Positions 8,391 through 16,500 of a DNA stretch of 62,993 nt are shown here, piece by piece. Source of the stretch: Verrucomicrobiales bacterium. Lineage in GTDB: Bacteria > Verrucomicrobiota > Verrucomicrobiia > Limisphaerales > UBA9464. The stretch's first letter is position 1. Every line of letters begins with the position of its first letter. The translations under genes and the position numbers were made by a program. The notes beneath the pieces were generated by a model. That model was not told where the DNA came from and searched no databases. It saw nothing but the letters and a program-made list of their open reading frames with translations. The stretch is from the NCBI GenBank assembly GCA_040375265.1, contig JBEISV010000001.1, positions 1-62,993 on the forward strand, given 5' to 3'.

Positions 8391-11300
8391 ATGAAGCTCC
8401 ATGCAACCAATCCCGCCGCCGCGTCCGGCCTCGAAGTAGGGCAGGCTGCCAGCCTGCCCGCTGCGCCGGCCGGCGCGAAATTCGCCGCCAATTTTACTCC
8501 CGCCGTGGGCAGGCAGGCAGCCTGCCCTACTTTGGCTGGAACGCCTCGGATCCTGTGGGCACTGCCTGGCACTGCCCCGGCCTCCCTCTCCTTCACTCGG
8601 AGTGGAGGAGAGGGCCGGGGAGAGGAGGAAGCCGTCCATTCTGGCGGCAACGCAGGTGAGCCACCCCTCTCCCCCACCCTCTCCCCGTGCTTCGCTGCGG
8701 GGCGAGGGAGTCTCTCTACGGGGGTAGCGGCAGGATGCGCCCGGTTCCTCCGCACATGGGCCGCGCGACTGCTGGGCGTGGTCGCCGGCGCGGGCCTAGC
8801 GTGGGCGCAGGGAACGGCCTTCAGCTACCAAGGCCAACTCACCGACGGCGCGGCGGCGGCTAATGGCACCTACGACCTGACCTTCTCGCTGTGGAACGCC
8901 GCCACCGCCGGCATTCAGCAGGGCTCCACGCTCACGCAGAGCGCGGTGGGCGTGACCAACGGCCTGTTCACCGCCACGCTGGACTTCGGGGCCCAGTTCC
9001 CCGGCGCCGGCCGCTGGCTGGAAATCGCCGTGCGGACCAACGGCGCCGCGACCTTCACGACGTTGGCCGAACGGCAGCCCGTGCTGCCCACCACCTACGC
9101 GATCCACGCCGCCACCGCCGGCAGTGCGAACACCGCGACGACCGCCACGACCGTGACGGGCAGCGTGTCTGCCAGCCAACTGACCGGCACCCTGTCCGCC
9201 GCCCAAATCCCGAATCTCGATGCCAGCAAGATCACCGGTGGGACGTTTACCGGGAATGGCGGTGGGTTGACCAATGTGCTCCTCGATTCGCTCGTGCGGA
9301 TGGCTGACCCGGTTGTTGCTTGGGGCTTCCAAAGTTCGGACTTACTCAAACCCCCGACCGACCTGAGGAACGTGGTAGCCCTGAGTGGAGGGAGCTCACA
9401 TGTCCTCGCCTTGAAGCAGGACGGTTCGGTGGTGAGCTGGGGAGACAATTTTCACGGCAGGGCCACGCCGCCCGTCGGGTTGACTGATGTGGTCAAGATT
9501 TCGGCTAGCGATGGGCACAACCTCGCTCTGAATTCGGACGGCACGGTGGTGGCGTGGGGCGTCAATTCTGCCGGCCAGACCAGCGTTCCCGCCGGACTCG
9601 CCGGAGTCACTGCGATCGCGGCCGGGCTCAATTTCAGCATTGCCCTGAAGTCCGACGGTCAGGCTATTGGTTGGGGATGGGTTGATAATCTGTTACGTCC
9701 TGGGGGAATCGTAATTCCCGGGCATTCCAACCTGATCGCGATCGCGGCCGGGTCTCTTCACTGGTTGGCCTTGAAGGCGGACGGGAGTGTGGCGGAATGG
9801 GACCTTTTCGGAAATGCGCGGAGCGTTCCAAACGGTCTAACCGATGTGGTGGCCGTTGCGGCCGGAATAAGCCACAGCCTGGCCCTGAAATCGGATGGCA
9901 CCGTGGTGGCCTGGGGCAATGTAGAAAATGGCCAGACGGATGTGCCAGTCGGTTTGACCAATGTAGTTTCGGTGGTGGGCGGATATTGGCACAGCTTGGC
10001 ATTGAAGTCGGATGGCACCGTGGTGGCGTGGGGTGAGACCGGATTCCCCTCTCAGACCTTCGGTGGGCAAGCCACAGTGCCGGTGGGCCTGCCCAAGGCT
10101 TCGGCGATCGCCGCAACATGGTTTTCGAGCTTTGTCCTGCGGGCGGATCCAGTTGTTCCTGCGAAGCTGGCGCTGCTCGATCGCAGTAATGTTTTTGAAG
10201 CGGCCGTCTCTGCGCCGGGATTCTCAGGAGACGGCTCGGGCCTGACCAACCTCAACGCCTCGGCGTTGACCACGGGCACGGTGCCAGCAGCGCGGATTCC
10301 GACCCTGACGGCAGGTCATATTCCCAACTTGGACGCCTCCAAGATCACCTCGGGCACCTTCACGGGCGACGGCTCCGGGCTAACGTCGCTGAACGCCTCT
10401 GCGTTGACGACGGGCACGGTCGCCGACGGGCGTTTGAGTGCGAACATCCCGCGGCTGGATAGCAGTCCGACCATGGCCTCTCCACTGCGTCTGAACGGCC
10501 AGAAACTGCTTCTGAGCGCGCCCGTAAACGACGCCAGCGTTCTCCGGTATGCCTCATCATTCGCCGGGAACGGTGTCGCCGGGCCGGTTCTCTCGGGAAA
10601 TCAAGGCGGGGTGTTGGGCACGGGTGACGGCATTTCCGGACAGGAGCTTGCCGTGCTGCGTTGGCACTGGGACGGTGGTGTAATTGTTCCCGGGGCCCTG
10701 ACGGCGGGAACCGTTAGTGGTAACGGCTCCGGGCTGACCTCGTTGAACGCCACCGGCTTGAGCGCCGGCACGGTCAGCGACGCGCGGCTGAGCGACAACG
10801 TGGCATTTCTGAACGGGAGTCCGGCGTTCACCAGCAGCGTGCGGTTGGCGGACACCAACCTGTTCCTGCGGGGCGGTTCGGATACCAATCACGGGCTGGT
10901 GTGGTTCGGCGGCAGCCGGAGCTTTGCGGGGGAAACAGTGGACGGCCCCGTGCTCTATGGGTTTCTGGGCGGGGCGCTGGGTTCCACCAAGAACTCAGCC
11001 AAGATCGCCCTACGGTGGAACGACAGCGCGGACGTCAGCCTGGGTGGTGACCTGACGATCACCAACAACCTTAGCGTGAGCAGTCCGGTCGGAACTCGCG
11101 CGGCGAGCTTCACCGGCTCGCGCACCGGAAACATCAACTCGGCGGTGGTCCATGTGGAAAACACCGAGACCGGACCAACCGCGGCACCCGCCTTGCGCGT
11201 GGTGGGCCGGGGCGGCGATACCGAAGGAGCCCTGAGCGTGACCGCCAATGCGGGCCCGATTGCGCGGTTTGGCAATTTCAACGCCTGGGTGGCGACGATC

Positions 11301-11690
11301 CACAACAACGGCAACCTGAGCTTGAGCGGCACGGTCAACCCGCCGAGCGACCGGAACGTGAAGGCGGGCTTTGCGCCGGTCGACGTGGAGGCGGTGCTGG
11401 CGAAGGTGGCCTTGCTGCCGCTAACGACGTGGCATTACACGAACGACGCGGCGGCGACGCCGCACCTGGGGCCGATGGCTCAGGACTTCCACGCAGCCTT
11501 CGGCCTGGGCGGGGACGACAAGACCATCACCACCGTCGACGCCGACGGCGTGGCCCTCGCCGCCATCCAGGGGCTGCACCGCAAGACCGAGGCCCTCGCG
11601 GCGGAGAATGCGGAACTGCGCGGGGAACTCACGGACCTCCGCACGCTCGTCCTCCAGCTTCAGCAACAGCTCAACGCGAACCGTCCATGA
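8391..11690 (+). CDS. giant secreted fibre-like protein, paralog 2 (conserved N-domain, one 7-bladed RCC1-like propeller, long beta-rich stalk, C-terminal peptidase S74 chaperone domain)
   Basis: 'AQGTAFSYQGQLTDGAAAANGTYDL..RWLEIAVRTNG' matches paralog 1. Seven RCC1 blades. 'SDRNVKAGFAPVD..HLGPMAQDFHAAFGLGGDDKTITTVDADGVALAAIQGL' plus a coiled coil. The stop is secure. The start is uncertain: the first in-frame ATG (8391) reads through the palindromic repeats, and the signal peptide sits at about 8742-8806. Confidence 0.85.
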   Translation: MKLHATNPAAASGLEVGQAASLPAAPAGAKFAANFTPAVGRQAACPTLAGTPRILWALPGTAPASLSFTRSGGEGRGEEEAVHSGGNAGEPPLSPTLSPCFAAGRGSLSTGVAAGCARFLRTWAARLLGVVAGAGLAWAQGTAFSYQGQLTDGAAAANGTYDLTFSLWNAATAGIQQGSTLTQSAVGVTNGLFTATLDFGAQFPGAGRWLEIAVRTNGAATFTTLAERQPVLPTTYAIHAATAGSANTATTATTVTGSVSASQLTGTLSAAQIPNLDASKITGGTFTGNGGGLTNVLLDSLVRMADPVVAWGFQSSDLLKPPTDLRNVVALSGGSSHVLALKQDGSVVSWGDNFHGRATPPVGLTDVVKISASDGHNLALNSDGTVVAWGVNSAGQTSVPAGLAGVTAIAAGLNFSIALKSDGQAIGWGWVDNLLRPGGIVIPGHSNLIAIAAGSLHWLALKADGSVAEWDLFGNARSVPNGLTDVVAVAAGISHSLALKSDGTVVAWGNVENGQTDVPVGLTNVVSVVGGYWHSLALKSDGTVVAWGETGFPSQTFGGQATVPVGLPKASAIAATWFSSFVLRADPVVPAKLALLDRSNVFEAAVSAPGFSGDGSGLTNLNASALTTGTVPAARIPTLTAGHIPNLDASKITSGTFTGDGSGLTSLNASALTTGTVADGRLSANIPRLDSSPTMASPLRLNGQKLLLSAPVNDASVLRYASSFAGNGVAGPVLSGNQGGVLGTGDGISGQELAVLRWHWDGGVIVPGALTAGTVSGNGSGLTSLNATGLSAGTVSDARLSDNVAFLNGSPAFTSSVRLADTNLFLRGGSDTNHGLVWFGGSRSFAGETVDGPVLYGFLGGALGSTKNSAKIALRWNDSADVSLGGDLTITNNLSVSSPVGTRAASFTGSRTGNINSAVVHVENTETGPTAAPALRVVGRGGDTEGALSVTANAGPIARFGNFNAWVATIHNNGNLSLSGTVNPPSDRNVKAGFAPVDVEAVLAKVALLPLTTWHYTNDAAATPHLGPMAQDFHAAFGLGGDDKTITTVDADGVALAAIQGLHRKTEALAAENAELRGELTDLRTLVLQLQQQLNANRP
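8433..8708. repeat. cluster of REP-like palindromic units
   Basis: GAAGTAGGGCAGGCTGCCAGCCTGCCC (8433-8459) recurs inverted at 8508-8533. Each copy has an internal GGGCAGGC/GCCTGCCC stem. Two further hairpins with CCCTCTCC/GGAGAGGG-type arms lie at 8584-8614 and 8677-8708. Confidence 0.7.
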
Positions 11691-12583
11691 ACGTGCTTCA
11701 CCCGATTCCTGCCATGAAACCAGCTCCATTTGTTGGCTCAGTGCCCACGGGCGGCACCCGTTCGGTTGCCAATCCGCAATCCGCAATCCGCATTCCGCAT
11801 TCCTACGGAGCCTCCTCACGTCGGCTGCCACGGACGGGGTTGGCGCTGCTGTTGGGATTGGGCTCGGCGATGGCGGCGGACTACGCCATGGCGCGGCACA
11901 CGTTTGCCGGCGGGGCGGTGAGCAGCGGCGGGAACTTCGTGGTGCGCGGGAGCATCGGCCAGGCGGTGGCGGGACCGGTGAGTGGCACAGGGGCGACGGT
12001 GCAGGGCGGCTTCTGGAACCTGCTGACGCTGCCCAGCCTGGTGGCGCCGGCGGAGGATGCGGTCGAGTTCCTGGCGAACCGGTCGGTGAAGGTGCCGCTG
12101 TCCACGTTGGTGGCGAACGACCGTTCGCTGCTCGGTTACGGCCTCACGGTGGTGGCCGTGGACCCAGTGACGGCCAACGGCGGCACGGTGACCATCGCCG
12201 GCCGCTGGCTGATCTATCAGCCGCCCGCGGGACCGGCGGCGAACGACAGTTTCCACTACACGCTCGGCGACGGCCAGCCGGGCGCCCAGCACACGGTCAC
12301 CGGCACAGTCCGGCTGAGCTTGGAAACACCGAACCCGAATGACGGTCCGGCGCCCAACGCGGCGCACATCGCGTGGGCCGGCGACGACGTGACGATCACG
12401 TTCATCGGCGTGCCGTTTCGCGAATACCGGGTGCAATACACGGAGAACACCGTGCCGCCGTTGAACTGGAACGACTTCAATCCGGCGGGCGTCCACGCGG
12501 CGGCGGCGAACGGCGTCTTCGTCCACACCGATGCCAACCCCGGCAGCTCGCTGCGCCTTTACCGCGCGATCGCCAACCCCTGA
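11687..12583 (+). CDS. secreted cadherin-like/Ig-like domain protein
   Basis: The ATG overlaps the upstream TGA (ATGA at 11687-11690). Signal peptide 'GLALLLGLGSAMA'. 'VANDRSLLGYGLTVVAVDPVTANGGTVTIAG..NDSFHYTLGDG' is cadherin-like. C-terminal module ends 'LRLYRAIANP'. The start is uncertain (long N-region containing a 7-nt repeat tract). Confidence 0.75.
   Translation: MNVLHPIPAMKPAPFVGSVPTGGTRSVANPQSAIRIPHSYGASSRRLPRTGLALLLGLGSAMAADYAMARHTFAGGAVSSGGNFVVRGSIGQAVAGPVSGTGATVQGGFWNLLTLPSLVAPAEDAVEFLANRSVKVPLSTLVANDRSLLGYGLTVVAVDPVTANGGTVTIAGRWLIYQPPAGPAANDSFHYTLGDGQPGAQHTVTGTVRLSLETPNPNDGPAPNAAHIAWAGDDVTITFIGVPFREYRVQYTENTVPPLNWNDFNPAGVHAAAANGVFVHTDANPGSSLRLYRAIANP
11771..11805. repeat. heptanucleotide tandem repeat (AATCCGC x3, ATTCCGC, ATTCCTA)
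   Basis: Read directly: aatccgc aatccgc aatccgc attccgc attccta. The unit length is not a multiple of 3. It lies between the candidate start codons and the signal peptide of the 11687 gene. Confidence 0.9.
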
Positions 12584-12593
12584 GGAATTCAAA

Positions 12594-13295
12594 ATGAAGA
12601 CTGGAACCATGAAGAATGGATTGTTGCTCGGGGCGCTGTTTGCCGCCGCGCTGCCGGCGTCCGCAATCATCGTCACGGAGCCCACGCAGACGTGGTCGGT
12701 GGGTTACACGGTGAGCGACGACGGGAACACCGCCGGGCCGTTTGGGATCGATGTCACGGGTTCCGCCATCGGGGCGATCACACGCGTCGAGGTGGGGCTG
12801 TCGTTCAGCGGGGTGGGCGTGGACGGCGGCTTCGCCGGCGACCTGGTGGTGACCCTGGCCTGGACCCCGATGGGCGGCGGGCCGCAGGACATCGTCACGT
12901 CGCACCTGCTGAACCGCATCGGGGCGGGCACGTTGGGTGGGGGAACGTTCGGCTTCGCCTACGACTCGGTGAACGTGACGTTGAGCGATGATGCGGCCGG
13001 CGGGGACATCCACACCACGTCGCTGGTAGGCGCGGCGTTGACCGGCGCCTTCGAACCCGATGGCCGGTCGGTGGCCACGGGGAGCGCCCGTGATTTCCGG
13101 CTGAACGTTTTCAACGGCCAGCCGGCGGACGGCTCGTGGCAGCTCTTCGTCACGGACATGAGTTCCGGCGGCCAGATGCGGCTGGACAGTTGGTCACTCA
13201 CGCTGACCGGCGACAATCAGGTGCCCGAGGCATCCACCTGGGCGGCGGGCGCGGCGATGCTGGGCTTGGTCGCATGGCGGCGGTGGCGCGGGTAG
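12594..13295 (+). CDS. proprotein-convertase P-domain protein with PEP-CTERM anchor
   Basis: SD 'gagga' 7 nt upstream of the ATG. Signal peptide 'LLLGALFAAALPASA'. P-domain-like 'GDLVVTLAWTP..' and 'FNGQPADGSWQLFVTDMSSGGQMRLDSWSLTLTG'. C-terminal 'VPEASTWAAGAAMLGLVAWRRWRG' (PEP motif, TM, Arg-rich tail). Confidence 0.85.
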   Translation: MKTGTMKNGLLLGALFAAALPASAIIVTEPTQTWSVGYTVSDDGNTAGPFGIDVTGSAIGAITRVEVGLSFSGVGVDGGFAGDLVVTLAWTPMGGGPQDIVTSHLLNRIGAGTLGGGTFGFAYDSVNVTLSDDAAGGDIHTTSLVGAALTGAFEPDGRSVATGSARDFRLNVFNGQPADGSWQLFVTDMSSGGQMRLDSWSLTLTGDNQVPEASTWAAGAAMLGLVAWRRWRG

Positions 13296-13348
13296 GGCCG
13301 GAACGGCCATTCCTCGGTAGACGGGTTTGGGCAGGCTGCGGACGCGAG

Positions 13349-13532
13349 GCAAAGTAGGTCTCGTGAGGGAGGAGGCAGCCACCGGGACCCGTCCACCGAA
13401 GGATGGCAACGGAACGCAGCGGGAGCGCGGCGCAATGTGCTGAAGGGAGCCAGCCACCATTTGAGCAAAGGATCATTCGCGGCTCAGAGAGCCGCGCTCC
13501 CGAACCGCCCGAGATCCGCCGACCTACTTTGC
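13349..13532. repeat. 184-bp element bounded by perfect 13-bp inverted repeats, with nested palindromes
   Basis: GGCAAAGTAGGTC (13349-13361) pairs with GACCTACTTTGCC (13520-13532). Nested 11-bp pair GGGAGCGCGGC (13421-31) / GCCGCGCTCCC (13491-501). 7-bp hairpin GCGGCTC-aga-GAGCCGC (13479-95). Confidence 0.7.
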
Positions 13533-13533
13533 C

Positions 13534-16500
13534 CTACTTCAGGGGCAATTCGACGCTGATCTTCGTGCCGGTCGCGGGCGTGCTGGTGATCGTGCAGCGG
13601 CCGCCGGCGAGCCGGGCGCGTTCGCGCATGTTGCCGAGTCCATCGTTGAAGCGGCCCGCCGTGGCAGGATCGAAGCCGCGGCCGTTGTCGGCGAGTTCCA
13701 GCCGGAGCGTGCGTCCCTCGACCGCGGCGCGGACCGTCACCTCCGTCGCACCGGAATGCTTGAGCGCATTGTTGAGGGCTTCCTTCATCAGGAGCAGGAC
13801 GTGGTGGCGCGTGGCGGCGGGCACCGGGTCGTCCGGCAGGCGCGGCGGCAGGTCGAGCCGGCACGCCCAGCCCGCGGGCGCAACGTATTCCTGGGCGAAA
13901 CCGGCGAGGTATTCGACCAGTCCGGCCACGGTGTCGTGCTCCGGGTCCACGGTCCAAACCATCGCATCGAGGTTGCGCACCACGTCGCGGGAAAGGTTGC
14001 CCAGTTCGTCGAGGCGGGAGGCGGTGCCGGCCGGATCCTGGAGCTGGCGGCGGGCCAGTTCGCTGAGCAGGCCAATCTGCGTGAGACTGGCGCCGACGTC
14101 GTCGTGCATGTTGCGGGCGATTCGGGCGCGCTCGCGATTGACAGCCTGGTCGCGTTCGAGGGCGGCGACCTGGAGGCGTAGCCGGCGTTGCGACAGCCAG
14201 CGCACCGCTCCCGCCAACAGGATCAGCGCGACGGTGGCGGCCGTCAGGCGGAACGGCAGCGTCTGCCACAGGAAAGGCCGCACGGTTACGGCCACGGTTG
14301 CCCCGAGGTCGTTCCACACGCCGTCATTGTTGGCGGCGGTGACCCGGAACGTGTAGTTGCCGGGCGCCAGGCGGGTGTAGGCGGCGGAACGGATGTTGCC
14401 GGTTTCGCGCAGTTCCTCCTCGAAGCCGACAAGGCGGCAGCGGAACCGGTTGCGTTCGGGCGCCACAAAGCTGAGGGCGGTGAACCGGAACTCGGTGAGC
14501 AAGGTGCCCGGCGGAATTTCGACCCGCCCGGCCCGCAGTTCCAAGGCGTGCCCATCGGCCATCACCGCCTCGATCACCACCGGCGGGACGAGGGGATTCT
14601 TGGGCAGGTTCTTCGGGTCGATGATGGCCAGCCCGTTCAACGTGGCGAACCACAGCCGCCCGTCCGGGCCTTTCCAGACGGCCGGCTGGATGCCGCCGCA
14701 CTCATTGGAAGGCATGCCGTCGGCGCGGTCGAAACGGGTGGGTTCAATCCGTGGGCGGCGGCCTTCGCAGAACTCGTCCAGCTCGGACTTGGCGCAGCGG
14801 ACAACGCCTCGGGGGGTGCCCCACCAGAGGGCGCCGTGATCGTCGGCGACGAGGGATTTGATCGTCTCGACCGGCAGTCCGTCGCCGGCGCGGATCGGGG
14901 TGAACTTGCCCTCCTTGAGCCGGGTAAGGCCGCCGCCGCCGATCCACAGGGTGCCATCGGCGTCGCGAAACAGCGCACGCACGTGGTCATGGGCGAGCCC
15001 GTCGGTGCGGGTGAAGGTGCGCGTGCCGGCGTCGTCCACGCGGACGAGTCCGCGATTGCCGCCGGCCCAGACGGCACCCGCGCCGGCCTCGGCCAAGGCT
15101 CCCACGTAATTGTCGGGCAGGCCGTTGGTCTGGGTCCATCGGCGAAACTGCCCCTGGGCGCGCCGCGACAGCCCCTCGGCCCCGCCCACCCAGAGTTGCC
15201 CCAGAGAATCTTCCAGCAGCGCGAACATCGGCCCGCCGATGAGCCCCGGGGCATTGGTCGGGAGCCAGACCCGGGACGTCGCCGAGCCCGGCGCCACGTC
15301 GAACAGACCCAGACCATACGAGCCCACCCAGAGGCCACCGTCTGGTCGCGGCCAGACGCACCAAGCGAGCTGACTGTCGTTCAATGCCGGCGGCCGCAGC
15401 ACCTGTTCGAAGCGGCGGCCGTCGAAGCGCTGCACACCACGGCCGTGCACCGCCGTCAGCACCTCGCCCTCCGGACGGACCGCCACCGAGAGCACGACCG
15501 GCCGGGTCAGCCCTTCGGCTGTGCCAACCGCCCGCACGCTGCGGCGACGCAACCGGAACAGGCCGGCGCCATCGGTGCCGATCCACAGGTTGCCCTCACG
15601 GTCCTCCAGGGCGGCCCGGTGCGCGTTGCTGGCCAGGGCGGTTTCCCGCCCGACTTCGGCCCAGCCCCCGGCCGGTCCCCGGCGAAACAGCGGCCCTTGG
15701 TTCAGGCACCAGAGCGTGCCCCCGCGTTCGCGGCAGAACCGCGCCCCGGAACGGCTGGGGAACGGAAACCGTTCGAACAGTTCGAGTGCGCCCTGATGGT
15801 GTCGCAACAGATGGGAACCACGGGGCACGCCTTCCACCAACACCGAGCCGTCGGGCAAGGGCACGATGCCGCTCCCGGCGCGGCCTTCGCCCTTGGGCTT
15901 GAAGCGGTGCCAGCGGTTCTGTTCGAGGTAGGCAAACTCGCCCACCTGCTCGGTCCAGATGCGGCCGGAGTGGTCGAAGACCAGTTGCCAGAGCTCTCCC
16001 CAGTCCGGCCGCGGCGCCTCCGCGGCCACCACGAACCGTTGCCCGTCACGGCGCAACAGGCGACCGGCCTTGGTCCCCGCCCACACCGTGCCATCGGGGG
16101 CGGCCTCAATCCGGGGTGAAGTGCCGCCGGGCAGCCCATCCGCTTCGGTGAGCCGGTGGAAGCGGCCGGCCGAGTAGTGGGCGACTGGGCCATCCGAGCC
16201 GCTCAGCCACAGCCCGTTATCCTTGTCTGTGCTCAGGTAGGTGAAATAGCTGGCGAGCTCCGGCACCTGGTCCGGATCAAACACCTCAAAGCGAACGCCG
16301 TCGAAGCGGGCCAAGCCGCCGAAGGTGGACAGCCACAGGTAACCGTCCGTCGTCTGGGCGATCGCGATGACCGAGTTCTGCGGCAGGCCGTCGTCGGAGG
16401 TCCACTGCTGGATCAGGTATTCGCCGGAAGCGGAAGGCAGGTTGGTCCCGGTCGGTCTTGGCATTTCGGCGCCGAGCAAGCCGCACCCGCCGACCAGGGC

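Noticed and set aside
8391-8734. A long N-terminal extension of paralog 2 (MKLHATNPAAAS...) as genuine coding sequence.
   Set aside because: It is translated straight through inverted palindromic repeat units and GC-rich hairpins. It has no counterpart in paralog 1. The homologous signal peptide starts only at about 8742. It is retained as the formal ORF start only because no in-frame canonical start lies closer.
4516-13295. Prophage or phage-remnant interpretation of the tail-fibre-like genes.
   Set aside because: No capsid, portal, terminase, tape-measure, baseplate, lysis or integrase genes appear on either side. The neighbours are two-component regulators and housekeeping genes. The proteins have Sec signal peptides, and one partner has a PEP-CTERM anchor, which points to cellular export.
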